Below are positions 38,227-52,259 of a stretch of 64,000 nucleotides of DNA, one piece after another. The position numbers and the translations under genes are program-made. The notes under the pieces are model-generated. The model saw only the letters and a list, made by a program, of their open reading frames with translations. It was not told the origin of the DNA and searched no databases. Every line of letters begins with the position of its first letter. The first letter of the stretch is position 1. This DNA is from Camelus dromedarius (lineage: Eukaryota): contig NC_087437.1 in assembly GCF_036321535.1 (NCBI RefSeq), positions 94,862,001 through 94,926,000 of the forward strand. The letters are read 5' to 3'.

Positions 38227-40239
38227 CGCACTGTGACCCAGCACAGCAAAGGCAGATCTCTGTAATTATGTGTCATAGACAAACCTTTTTCACAATGCTG
38301 AGTCCCTGTTTAGGGCAGGGCAAATGTTCTGTTTGTATTTATAGTCTAGAATAACTGACAAAATGAGTTTTTGTTTGTTTGTTTTTTGTTTTTTGTCACA
38401 GTCCTCTGCACTTAGGCTCAAAAGACAGATGCTAAGAAGGGAAAGGGCATTTCCAGTCTCTGGAGCTTGTTACAATCAGCTGTGCAGTTGCTGCCCAGGC
38501 AAAAGGCATGTGTCCCTGGACAAAAAAAAAAAAGGATGGGAAGGAAGTGGAGGGAAGGGCGGTGCGGTAGATGCTGGATAACAATGTATCCTCTCAATTT
38601 CAGGTCACAGCATTCATTGCTGTATCTGCTTCTAGTGTCATAGGATATTAATAATGAATATCAACTGTGACTAGTCATGTTAAGGTTAGAAGGAAGGAGA
38701 ACGTAAAGATAAATACAAACAAGAAAAGTAATATATCTTAGCGTGTAGGAAGAAAATACGTAATCAACTGTTGCTTTTGATAAAGATGTCTTTTAAAAAT
38801 GAAGTCAGTTCTCCTAAATTTTTAGTTTAATTTGTACTGTTTTTCTGAGTAGGTGAATGTTTGCAGAGATAAAATTTAAGTCTGATGAAGATTTCTTTAA
38901 TTTACCTTAAATTTCTCTTACCCCTCATTTAAAAAAAAATCCATAATGGGAATTTCAACTATGTCTTTCATTAAAAAATGAAAGAATCAGTCTGTGTTTA
39001 TAATGAGAGTTAATATACACCAGGGAAATACTGGCTTTCGCAGGACAGCGATCTTCCGAAGCATCCCCAACACCAAATTGTTGGGTATCTATTCTCATTT
39101 AGAACCTGCAGTCTTAACATTCAGGGTATGCTTTGAGAGTATATACTTTAATTCAATTATTCACTTGACAAACTTGTACACTTTGGCACATACTGTATGC
39201 GAGACCATTTTTGGTATCAGGACAATGTCAATTCGAGGATAAATAAGGCAAAAACCCTGTGATCAGGTATCTCCCCATGCAGAAGCACAAAAGTAGGATT
39301 CAGAGCAACGGCTGCTCTGACGTGGGTTTACACAGCGTAGACGCACCTGGTGCAGCCCTGGGAGAGGTGGTCCTGGGGGCTCAGGATCCAGAGGCAGAAG
39401 CTTCCAGAAGGAAATGCTGTATAATCTGTCTGAAGAACAAGTAGGCGGATTTTGGAAAAGAGTGTAACAAACAGAGGGCCAGGGGATATTAAAGTCTAGG
39501 AAATTTATAAATAATAGAAAACACAGCCCCTCCACAAGATGAACCAGAGTGGCAGCCTCATTTGTCACACTTCATTCTGTGCAACAGACTCACTGGCTTC
39601 CTCTCAGGCCACAGGACACTCTGGGCTGCTGGACGCCTCGGGGTCTCCACGGGAAAGTTCTTTCTGAATGGAAAACACTTAGGTTCACTATCACTCCCCT
39701 TCAACAGCACATCCTTTAGAAGTATCAGCTCGATACTTCATCAGAGAAACTTTTCACCCCTCGGACTGGATGAAACTCCTCAGTCACAGGCCATCATCAC
39801 TTTGATTCCCTTCCTTTGCAGTAATGGCTGTGTTAATAATGATAGTTACAAGGATTATGTGCCAGACAGTATTTATTCACTTAATCCTCACAACAACCCT
39901 TAGAGAAATGGTCTATAGGAATGGTGGGCAGCTTGCCCAAATGCATACTAAGTGATGGGGCTAGGATTTGAACAAAAATCCAGAATCATGTTCTTAGCCA
40001 TTACACTGTACCTCCTCTCTGCTTGCAATTAGAAACGAGAAAACTACATATGTATGTGCACAGGTGTGGGGTGGTGGTGATTTCAGAGGAGAAAAAGAGT
40101 GAAAAGGGTTTTTAAAATTTATTTCTTGTTCACTAAAGTGTAATCTCCATTGAGCCAGGGAGTCGTATTTCTTTTGTTAGATATTTATCCCCAGTGGCTA
40201 CTTCACTGCCTAAAACATATGGAGTCAAAAAAATTTATA

Positions 40240-40348
40240 GGGAGGAAGAAAGAAATGAAAGAAGGAAGAGAAGAAGGAAGGAAAGGAAGGAAGGAAGGAA
40301 GGAAGGAAGGAAGGAAGGAAGGAAGGAAGGAAGGAAGGAAGGAAAAAA
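40240..40348. repeat. (GAAG)n polypurine microsatellite at an L2-like tail
   Basis: Direct reading; source of the KEGR-repeat ORF. Confidence 0.95.
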
Positions 40349-41252
40349 GGTTAACAAGAAATGAAGATAGAGAAGTAGCTGTGGGCCATTATAATGGTCT
40401 TGGATGCTGTGCTAGGGAATTTGGGCTTCAGTCTGAAATCCAATCACTAGGGGAGGAAAGTTAAACACCATCATCATATTTGTGTCCTGAATCATTCTGA
40501 AGAATAGGTTAGTGGGAGAAAGACTGAAGGCAATAGAAAAATTAAAGTTAAAAAGGCTACTACTTGGATAAAAGAAAGGAGGAAAGTTAAAACTTTGGTT
40601 ACCAATTTTTTTTAAATCATTGAAATATAGGCACACCAAAAAACATTTCCACGTGTGAACCAATAAAATTAAAGTACAATCAGTTTTGCAAGTTCTACCA
40701 GCAACTGTTGTAAAATAAAAGTGCAAATGCTTTACTCTGATTCAAAATCAATCCATTCCAAAATATAAGCCAAATGTTCAACACTGATTAAATAGAAGTT
40801 TGTTCATAGTGCTTTCCATAATCAGATGTAACTGTTTTGAATCCTTTATTCAGTGTCAGAAATTAGTTTCAAAAAATAGTCATAGATGTAGCAATTTTAC
40901 TATCCAGAAAGATAATGTCAACTTTGATGATTACATTTTTTTCTGAAAAAGTTCTCTTGACTCATTGATAAACTGAATTTAGGCTAGGTAAGACATGGAA
41001 ATAACCATTACACCTGCTGTCCTGGCTTTTTAAAAATGATTTAAGAAAGCTAAAGAATAAAAAATTGTAATACGATCTAACCTGGTTTACTTCTGTTAAT
41101 ACTGATGTCCATATTAGTGGAAAGATAGATAGGCAGCAAGTTATCGCATCTTTATCCTCATCAGAAACCAAGCTAACCAAATTCTAAATCATACAGAGCT
41201 CTTTGTTAAGCCAATGCAATCAGTTAGAAGGCTCTCAAATTTTTATCCATTC

Positions 41253-41556
41253 TATGGATGAAGGTGGTCAAAATGTACAAACTTGCAGTTATAAAATAAG
41301 TCCTGGGTTGTAATGTATAGCATGGTGACTATAGTTAATTATAGTCTATTGTGCATTTTAAAGTTCCAAAGAGAGTAGATCTTAAAATTCTTATCACAAG
41401 GAAAAAAATTGTAGCTATATGTATTGATGGATGATAACTAGATTTATTGTGGTGATCCTTTGCCAAAGTGTGCACATATTGAATCATTATGTTGTACGCC
41501 TGAAACTAATATGTTATATGTTAATTATATCTCAATTAAAAAATTAAAATTAAAAA
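41253..41556 (+). mobile_element. L1MA-type 3'UTR fragment
   Basis: cagttataaaataagtcctggg...catggtgactatagtta...gagagtagatcttaaa...cctgaaactaata...atctcaattaaaaaa. Confidence 0.85.
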
Positions 41557-44500
41557 GTTATCAATCATATACACAAGTATTTTATAACTCAGATTTTTTT
41601 TAGACTAAGGAAATGCACATCTTTTTTTAATAGAACTTCTCATGCATTGTAAACTTTAAACTTCCCTAAACTAGCTTTTGTAATATTGAACAATTCTTCC
41701 CTTTAACTCTATTTTACACTGAATGGTTACCATTCCTGCTTCTAAGAGGACGGGGCCCCTTTTGTTTGTTTGTTTATTTTTAGTGGGCTTTGAAATATCA
41801 TTTGAGGGAAAAGCCCATCTGATGTCAGGACTTTCTTTGTTGAAGTTCCACTGAGTCAGCCTGAGATAAATGGAATTTTCTTCTTCCATCCAAGGCTTAA
41901 TTATGGTAATTAGTCTGTGCAATTTGTAAAGTTTGGCAGCCAGTCCAGGTCCTAATATGCATAAGCCTCTTTCTGCTACAAATTGAGTAGGTTTTAATCA
42001 GTTTTTAAAAGACAGTGTCTTACTATGCCTGCGTGCCATATTCTCAGATTTCGAGATTGAATGTTTTTTCAAACTCTGCTCCATCATTAGCAGTTTTGAT
42101 ATTTTTAATATTCATGAAGCTTTCATCTTAGCATTAATCCCCCAGCATCTGTGATTATGATGGGCACTTTGGGGATCTGTCTATTGTGTGTCTATGGAGA
42201 ATGAAAGGCCCAGCAGCTCCTGGCAGTAAATTAACCCTCACAATGCCACTTGGTGCCAAATGCCTTTTGAAATGTTGCCTTCTGCTCCCTGCCTTTCTGT
42301 TCAGATTTCACACTCATGTTTGATTCCCTCAACAGACCCATGCTTCATTTCATTCTGACAGCCATCTGTGACACTATGGGGTTTTTTTTTCCCCCTTCTT
42401 TTTCATTCAAAAGCCACATCTTTCACCAGTGTTTTTTTCTAAAATGGGCATGTTAATCAAATGAGGAAAAAGAGCCCAGGGTACTAATTCCTTTTTCATT
42501 ATGTGGATGTTTATGCACATTGGGGGAATTTGTAGAAACGTATACAATTAATTTCTTGACAATGCTTCTTCACAATAAATTCTTAAATCACCAATAATTT
42601 CTTCATTTACTGCTATTTTTCAAACGTATGAGAGTCTCTAAAATATATTACTCTCTTAAAAACTAATTTCATTCATTAGATTTTCATAGTCTTAATAGAT
42701 ATACTGGAACTCTTGAAAAAGGAATGAATAGAACATGTGTAGTTTTATTGAGGAAGCATCTTTTATCAGCCTTTGTTCCTTTAAATATATAGTTTTGCAA
42801 ATAGATAGATAACAAAAGTCAAACTGCCAAAAATTGAGGTAAAAACTGATACTTCCATTCTCAATTTTTAATAGTGATTTATTTTTCTGCTCTACCATAT
42901 CCCTTATCCTTGCAGGTTAGAGGCTTCTAGTTAGCCATGTGACTTTGTATACAGTAAGATAAATGTATTTTCTTCACAATTTTTCAAAAAGAATCTTACT
43001 TCTGGAAAAAAAATCAATGGTATAATTTCTTAAATTACAATTGTTATCAGAACTAAACTAAAACAAGGTAGTAGTGCTTAAATGCAATCTTAAAGAATAA
43101 ACATCACCTGATAAAGATTTTTTAAAAAGTAATTCATGGAAAACCTCAGACAACAGAAGCTAGTAATTCTTTACAGGAAACCAAGAAGGACAAGGGTGAG
43201 GACCGAGTCCCTGTTAAGCTGGGGAGTAATTTCTCGAAGCCATGTTCAGTTTATGTAGAAGAAACAGCTTCAGTAATCAAAGCCATTTGTACTTCCTGGA
43301 ATCACTTAGATTTCCTTTGAATGTAAGATAAGACAGCTCCGCAATGGGGCCCTTTAGTCCTCCAGTCAGTGTGAGGAAGTCATTCTCGGGAGCCTTCTAA
43401 AGTGGGGGAGGCGTGCGGTAGACCCACTGAGTGACAGGGGCAGAGGGTGGCAGGGGAAAGGTTGGGGTAGGAGGGCCCACCCATCCTATATACCCTAGCT
43501 CCTAGCTCCTTGACCTTGCAGGGAGGAGGTTATTATAAAGGGGACTAGTCTTGCTGCAAGAGGCAACACTTACCAGCAAAGCACTAAGAATTCTGGCTCC
43601 AAAGTGCAGCAGCTAATAAAGATCCATAGTGGTAGGCTTCAAAATTTCAGAAAGGGGCAAATGTCTATCTGACCTTAGAAAAGTATGAAATTCAGTGGAC
43701 GCAATCCTGTATTTTTACTGTCATTGAGAACTGCGTTACTTTCCTGATGGCTTGAAAAGAGAATCTAAGCTTTCCTTTCAGTTCAGTGCCCTGCCTAGAG
43801 ATGGCAGGAGACTAGGGAAATGTAAAATTTTGGAGAAAAAGGAGAAACACTGAAATTTTGTAGAACTAAGTATTTTTTTAATTGAAACCTTAAAAATATC
43901 TCATTCAAAATTTTCTAAATTCTCCCTATAATAATATAAAATAAATAATAATGGTATTATTCTATTTATAGAAAATATTTATTATAATAGCCTTCCTTAT
44001 AATAAAATACAATCTATATTTTTCCCTAGAATATATGTTATCTTGCCCCAAATTTGTGAAGCCTAGCAATGATTATGTATAACCTAACTGGATAAGTAAT
44101 AAGTTACACTATAAACTAATAAACTTGTAATAATGTTTTGCAGAATTTGAGGCCTACATTTACTAATGACAAGATTTTAAATTATATTCATAGAATAAAA
44201 GATCATTTTGAGGTGAATCCTAAAACATTCTGAATAAGGAGGAAGAAAATACTGCTTAATATAACAGCCTTCAAATATGCTTAAGTCTACAAATTATTTG
44301 AAATAAATTATTGAAGGAAATTACTGGTGTGGATGGTTTTGTTGCCAAAACATTACACACTAGCTATTTCTTAATATTATTTAGAAAGTTTAGCACAATG
44401 GATAACTTTCTTTCTGGACATGACCTTAACCAGAGATCAGACATCTTCTGTAGCTTTATCTTTGGACATAAGGAGTGATATAAATTGGAGAGTATTCAAG

Positions 44501-47105
44501 CAAAAGCTATGTGAGCTATGCAAAAGACTATCATCTGAACACACCCTCAAACTTCAGGAGCTTTCCTGACAGCCCCATGGTCTGCAAGACTTTAGGCAGC
44601 CAAAGGTCCCTGGGGCTCAGAGATCTGGCTCAATTTCATTTTTCCACTGATCTTTAGATATAAACCAGAATGGCCCCAGTCCCAGGGCAGCCAGTGGATT
44701 AGCCTCGCCTTCAAGGGGTTGAGTACGAAGTTGGAGAAAGGGGAAAGAAGACAGCCAGAACATGACCAGACCTCCCTTTATTATTTTATAAAATCATAAT
44801 TTTCATCTTTTCAATGGAGTGATGCAATTCATAGAACATGTATTTGGCATTGTAACATTTCATCTATGGTTCTGAGGGACAAATAAGAGAGGAATAAGAA
44901 TCGCATGCCAATAATATACATAAAGTAGTGATTAGCTTCACTAATCATTGTGGCTGAAAATGATGCTCGTTGCATGGTTAGATATGAAGAATATTTGCAA
45001 GGATCTATGCAGCCACCATGAAGAATGTCATAAGCACAATTTCTACTGTGTTTATTGCAGGATGATTATTTTTCTAAATAATTCAGTAAGAATTGCAATA
45101 ATCAAGCATTTTAGTCAGTGTTAGTTTATGTTTGTGGGCAATGTGGCCTAGATAAACATGAGAGAAGTTTTCCATCATCTGGAAATAAAGAAAAATAATT
45201 ATATAGGCAAGTTTGGGAATTTGATTCAAGCATATTATAAAAATATGATGTATATAATTCAATAACTGATTCAGGATTACTAGAACTAGATGTTAGATTG
45301 ATTAAGGTAAAAAAAAAAGTGGGTATAAAAACTGTTAACAAATGCTATAGTGGTTTTATTTTGTATTTTAAAAGTAAAGATTTCTAAACTCATTGGTGAT
45401 TTTATTAGAGATGAAAGAAAAGCCTAAAATAAAGCATCCAGCTAATGTTCAATTAGTATTACCTGAAATATGTTTTCCCTTTAAAAATTAATACTGCTAA
45501 TTAATGACAAACACTATAAAATTAAATGTAAAACTGTAAATAGCACTTGGTTTTCTTCTTTTTAGTGTATTAAAAAAAAAAATAGCACCTTTCTTACCAA
45601 AATAAAGGCGTTCAAAAAAAATTGGCCCTTTTCTTCCCCTGTTTAATCATCTGATTATTAAGATCTAAACTTTACCTGATGTTATAGCCTTAAAGATGAG
45701 CAATTTAAAAATTCTACAGAAAAATCAGTTTTATCCTATTGGCAAGTAAGCTTTCTTAAAATCTGGTTATTAGCAAGTGTATTCATTAATTGTTATCATT
45801 CTGAGGAAGATGAACCCAAGTGTTGCTATTTGTCTATGCCATTATAGTTGACTCATATGATGGGCAATGAAACAAAATTCTAATAATGATTATGAAGGTA
45901 CTGATTGTCTTCACCCATCGTTGAACATCAGTATGCAGTTGTCATCCACCTGTGAGTGCCTGTTTCGCATAAAGCACTTCTACCCTGAGCATTCCTTACA
46001 AAGACACAGACCTCACCCCAAAGAGCCTTCAGTTTTACAGAGGTGAATATGCAAACAGCTGAATTACTGAGCTTAACAAAATCTTTAAAAAACAGATAGT
46101 CAAAAAAATATCTTCTAGGAACAGAGAATAAAAAGCTATTAACTCTTGTGGGGAGGATCAAGAGTTAGCATGTCTGAGTCTTAAAGGGTAAATAAATTCT
46201 TTATCTTAGATAAGGGTAGAAGGGCATTTCAGACTGAAAGAGTAAATGTCTTAAGCAGAAGAAAATGCACCTAAGTGTACGGCATATCCTAGAAATGGTA
46301 TTTCAGTATAATCTGTCACACAATTCACAGGGTTGATAAAGTAGGAGAGATAGCTGGAAAGATTTAGGATTAACAAATGCAAATAATGTGATACACATTT
46401 TTAACTGTGAGCAATGCAGTTTTGTACTCTCTTTTAATACAACTGTATGTCAAGTCTGTGATTGCTCCAAACTAACAAAAAGACAGTCTGCGAGATAACC
46501 AACCCCTCCTTCAGAGAACTTTGAAATCCACTCTCCCGGGTGGAACTTGCCTATTCCTCACAGGGTGGGTCCAGGGAGAAGACTCTTCCAGGGATGCTGT
46601 CTCCCAAGGGAACCATTAAATTCAGAATACTGGGACATTTTAGTTAAAAGAATGAAAATGTTTTAGTGAATAGAATAAAGAGATTTAGCCAAAAGAAGAT
46701 GTTCGACCTTTAGAAGATAGAAGGTGATTATTTCCTGTTTGTTAATTTGTTTGGGGACTTTTGTAGTTCATTATAACCTGAAGATAAGAACTTGGCCCAA
46801 GCTGCTACAAATAAACATAGGATTAAAAATGATTTCTTCTAAGTAATCAGTATGCTTTCATCTAATAAACATTATGAATTAGCAACCCATTGGGTCTTGT
46901 TTTTCACAGTGTCTGCTAGGAAGTTTGGAACTGATTTAGGTTACTCAGAGAACCTTAGTTGGCTTTGATAACTACGTTATTTTTCTTGTTTTCTTTACAA
47001 GTCTCACTTCTGGCTCCATTTTTTATGCCTCTCCTTTTATTTTATTTTAGCACATAGTTTTAATTTATATATTGCCTTGTTATATTTTATATATTTTTAT
47101 GTAAG

Positions 47106-48004
47106 CAGTGATATGATTGTGTTTAACAATGGATTCTCCAGAGGGAAGGGGGGTGGGTACGTATGTAGCATACTACTAATGTAAGGATGTATGGCACATA
47201 ATTTATAAGTAATAATGTCATACATACCATAGTTATTATTGTAGATTTCACAGTCAGTTGTTTCTTAGAGGGCATTTTTATTGGCTTTCCCTAACTTTTT
47301 TATCTATAGCCAACCTCTCCTTGCATTTCTTGTTCTGACATGAATGTTGGTTGACATTTTCATTTATACTAACAAATAAGGCAAAATGTTACAATAAAAA
47401 TGTATGTTAGAACTTCACCTGTTTGTCAATAGTATGAATGATTTCTTTGCTGAAATGGTTAATAGTTTTTGAAGAATAGAAGAATATTTTCTCTTTGTAT
47501 ATGTGTTATTCACAATGTAATGACTCCTGACAGGACACATTTTAACACCTAAACTGCATTGTTAACATTTTCTTCACTTTAAGCCCAATCAGCAAATCAG
47601 TAAGTTAAGCCCTGATATGTAGTGATACGTGGGGTTTTGTTTCCAATTTCCACGGCATACACACTTGCGCCATGTAGTTTCAAGCCACTGATGTGACGTC
47701 ACCAAATGAAAAGTTGAGAAGTCATGCTCAGTAGCACACGGTTACACAGTATTTCTCCCACACAGATAAAATAAAACAACCTCAAGAGCATTGTTAATAG
47801 TAAAACTATAGGGAAATAACTAGGAAATTATGAGTTTTTGGTGTCTATCAGCTTTATTTTTAACATATTTAGTTATCAATTTATATAATTTAATTTTAAT
47901 AATAGACTGTTAAGTAATGAGTTTTGTTAACTAGCTCATAAAATCCCCAAGAATGCATCAATCAGCTCTTGTGAACAAGTACATTTGGATCCAGCAAACA
48001 ACTG
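47106..48004 (-). mobile_element. Arthur1-like hAT-Tip100 non-autonomous element
   Basis: Termini cagtgatatg... and ...ccagcaaacaactg; internal ccaatttccacgg...tttcaagccactgatgtgacgtcac matches reversed Arthur1 as recalled. Confidence 0.75.
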
Positions 48005-48917
48005 CATGATATAAACCACATAAAAACTCTCTACACGAAGGCACATTATACATAAATGGCTCGGTTAAACAGTAATGAACACGAATATAAACAATAGATT
48101 ATTTCAGGCTAATGCAAGTGTCCAGCATGAAAAACCAGCATGACAAACAGTTAACTCTACATGCTTCCTAACTTGTTTATCCTTTAGCTTTCTTTGGCTA
48201 TTTACTGACAGGCTCGTTTAAATAAATTCCTGAGAGAGAAAAGATAACTTGTTAATTCACTGGTCATAATGACACCTGTGTCCAAAAGTACACAAGAGGA
48301 AACTTTTTTTTCCTCTAAGATAGATTTGCAGCAAATTGGCCAAACTTTGAATGACTTTATTTTTGACATAGAAAGGAAATTGAACTTAGGTTGCTGTACA
48401 AAGAGGGATACTAATTTTCAATTGAGGGACAGAACTATCTGAACATTTCAGATCTTTTCGTCATTAAAATGCAAAATTTTTACAAATGCAATTCTTAGCT
48501 ACCTAGGTAATGGGCCGTGTTGTCAGATTATATGGATTGATGCTGATGTGTTTACTTTCCTGGGATTATTTTAAGAAGAGAAGAGTGACCTTTGATTGCT
48601 AACTGAACTGGAAGCACATTTAAATCTTCTGATAAATAGCAAAGTAAATAGCACACCATGGCCTCTGACAGCGTTCATGTGTTAACAGAAATGAGTGGTG
48701 TGTTAACTAACTGATGGAGGCCTGTAATGACTGCATCAGTAATTAGTAGGTAAATGAGGCCCTAGGATGAAAGCCTGAAGGTTTCATTTGCCTCCTTACC
48801 CTTGATTGGCACAATGGCCCTGAGCTCTAATCTAGGGAGAATATTTTATGAGAGGGCTGTGCTCTAGGATATGCAGAGAGCTGAGACTCAGCACTTGCAA
48901 GTATTGTCTTCTTTGTT

Positions 48918-48999
48918 AGTTCTCTCTCCCAGTCTCTTCCCGTCTCTTTCCCTCTCTCCCCCTCTGTCTCTCTCTCCCTCTCTTTCTCTCTCTCTCTCT
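48918..48999. repeat. (CT)n-rich polypyrimidine tract
   Basis: Direct reading. Confidence 0.9.
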
Positions 49000-49819
49000 G
49001 GCTGAACATTTACATTGTATGGTTTTTAAACCTTTTATTTACATTTTTATAAATTAAAACTATGAAGAATATCAATGTTCAAATGTTTACGTAATTTTCC
49101 CCTAAACTTGAAATTCAGCGTTTCCTAGGACCTGGCCTTATTTTTGTATACTCAGTAAATCTAGGACACTCTCTGCTAATTATACTTTTCACAGTAAGAC
49201 TCCTAAAACCTGTGAAATTTGAAGTGAGGTAATAAAATGCACTTAGGTTATTTATTTCTCACTGTTCCTTCTTATCATTCAATCTGATCTTAAAATGGTA
49301 AAACCAGAACTGTCACTTTTACATGGTTTTATCGCAAGTTTAAGTACTAAAAATTTTACCTCCCCTGAGGGGTGTGATTGAGTAACATCTCCATAGGAAG
49401 ATTTGATTCCAAGTTTCAATCACTTAAAATCTTTAGCCATGGAACAGAGTTGTCTTTCGCGTTGATTAAAATCAAGTAGTCCCAGTAATTTTACTGCTAT
49501 TTGGATTTCTTTTGAAAACTTCTCTATTCATATAATATTTAAAACCTATGTATGGATGTGTGTGTGTGTCTCCATTTCTCAAAAAAAAAAAAGTAGCACT
49601 GTACAGGATTAAAGTGGAATCTTGCAGAATAATCTCAACAAGCACTTACTGTCTACAATGTGTGTGTGAAGTAAACAAAACAAATAAATGACAAGATCCC
49701 TACATTTGTAACCTTATGTCTTATATGGAATCTTGGCATGGACTGTACGGAGAGCTATAAAACAAATGTATCATAACAAAATATAAAGAAACAAATATTT
49801 ATCACTATTATATAGCATG

Positions 49820-50350
49820 GTTCCAAATCCACATGCTTGGCGCCTGTAAGAATTCTTTAGGTGATCTAGGTGATCCAAATCATTAACAGTCCAAAAATCC
49901 ATAGCATGGTCGTCCCACCAGTCAGTCAGGCTGCGGCTACACTGGTCTTCTTTCAATTATTAAACAGCTCCGTTCTTTCCATTCTTCAATCTTCAGCACT
50001 ACTCTACTTAAATCATTGTTTTCAGGGCTACCAGTGTCCTCTTTCCCCTTTATCCTAAGGGCTTTGTGTAACTCACTCTTTATTCTTCAAGTCTCAGCTT
50101 TCAATGTCACTCCCCGATCAGGGCTCTCCCTAACAACACTCTTCTTAAATGCTCTCCTAACATGCTTTCATAACACCTATAATCAACTATTTCCATAAAT
50201 AATGACAATATGTTTTTCTTTAGTGTACGCTCCCTTGAGGACTTGAACCCTTGATATCTTATCTGCCCCTATAGCCTCTGTTCCTAGCAGAGGGCCTGAA
50301 ACACCCAGGGCACTGAGTCAATATTGGATAAATAAGTAGATAAACAAATG
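49820..50350 (+). mobile_element. L2 3' fragment
   Basis: aagtctcagctttcaatgtcactcc...gggcctgaaacacccagggcactgagtcaatattggataaataag. Confidence 0.65.
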
Positions 50351-50989
50351 CTCATGAACAGAGAGGTTGATAGTGGCTAGAGATATTGAAGAGTTTTGGA
50401 CATTTAACTTGACCTCCAAACATTAAAAAGAGAAAGATTTCTACAAAGGAAGAGCAACGTAAATAAAATAGCCATGGCAGAAATGAACCTAGGAGATTTG
50501 GTGAGAGGAAAATGAACTGGCCAGAGCAGTGGTCTTGAGAACTGATGAAAGAGAGATAAAATGGGTATTCACTTTACTGTTCTGAGATGAAATCTACTTT
50601 CAGCAAGCAATTGGTTCCTGCCAAATTTAGTTTTAGACTCATGGTATTCCCATCTCTCTTTTTCTTAACTCTCTAAGGATTTTTTCAAATAGAAACAATC
50701 TCCTTAGAAGAAACAGTGTTTATTGTATTATATAAGACAAAAGGTCATGACTCTGCAGCAAAGTATTTCTTCTAGAATGGTGATGATTAAAGATGAATGT
50801 TTTCTTTGATGAGGTAAAGTGTCTCTGTTGACTTTTCTCTGGATGCTCTGTTAACCAAATCGTACACAGACTTGTGTGGTTTTGCCAGCAAAGCTAAAGA
50901 GGGATGTTGCCACGTCTGGTTTCTCTAAGTTTGTGGCTGTGCAAATTGCCTCTATCTATATTGAAGTACACAGTGGCTAAAATTTATTC

Positions 50990-51185
50990 AGCAGTTACCA
51001 TCGACAGTCACTATTCTAAATTCTTCCCATGCATTGATTCAATAAATCCACCCCATGAGATGTGTACTATAACTATCTTCATTTTATTGATGAAGAAGAT
51101 ATAATTTATTTGAGTAACTTGACTGAGTCATACAACTAATAAACAGCAAAACCAAAATCCAAACACAGGCATTCTGATTAAGGAA
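50990..51185 (-). mobile_element. MIR
   Basis: ccccatgagatgtgtactataactatcttcattttattgatgaagaa...gagtaacttgactgagtcatacaacta. Confidence 0.7.
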
Positions 51186-52259
51186 ACTACGTTTCTAAAA
51201 GGTCTTTGAATGTCACAGCAGAATTGTAAGATTGCATTATTAGAAAACGAGGGAGCATTGAGAGATCTGGACCAAAGGTGTGAACTGATTAAAGTTTTTT
51301 TGGTTTTGTTTTTGGGGTTTTTTTTTAAGAAAAAAATTGATAAAACAGTTGTGAAAAGGGAAGTTACTAGTAAGGAGAGTTGAGGGGCAAAGTGCCCTAT
51401 CAGAGGCTACTGTACATTGTCATAATTGATGTGAAAAGTTTTCCCCCAAAATGATAATAGTCATAACAGATGATGTGAAGACAGAAACCTTAGGAATTTA
51501 GAACAGAGCGGTGCTGTTGATTTCCTGACAAAGGCAGTGTGTGGATGTATACAAAGCAGTTTAATAGAGTAGACTGTGAGTTAAATTCTGTATGTTGCTT
51601 CTGCTAAGGACTAAATTTCTGCCTTCCACTTTCTGGAATTGTATTGACACGAGCAAGTAGAAGTAGCTAGGAATAAACAAAGTAGAACAAAACTTTTAAC
51701 TTCAAAAAAATTGCCAGAGTGAGCTTACATGCTCTGGATTGATTAGAAAATACCATTGTGCTATCAATTTCAGTGCCTAAAACACCATTATTTGTTGTAA
51801 TCAATAAAATTAGCATTACCTTGACCAGCAGGAAATGGCATGGCTGGACACAGGTTGCCTCTGTTAGGAAACATGATTAGAAAATGATTAGAAATTGAGT
51901 AGCCAGAATGTTGATAGTCCTTGTTCTTGACACTGGAGCCTCATGGATGTGTGCAGGTCATCTCAGGCAGAGTGACTGCCAATAGCATTAATTTGGAAGC
52001 CTAGGATGCCCCTGGATGTCTTATGTTTTTCCATAAGAGTGTAAATGACTCATTCACTCAACAAATATTGATTCCTTACTGATTTAGGCACTGAAGATAC
52101 ATTAGATAGTTAGGAACTAATTATTGATAATGCCACAACTAAGAGCTACATGTACAGAAGGCATTACTGCAACAAACATTATAGCAGAGTAAGGTCTTCT
52201 GGCCACACTGCTAACTATAATAAAGTTATAAACTTCATCATTAGGTGAATTATGATTTT

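Noticed and set aside
37974..38354. ORF with TH repeats
   Set aside because: Translation through a (CA)n microsatellite.
40150..40464. ORF with KEGR repeats
   Set aside because: Translation of a (GAAG)n microsatellite.
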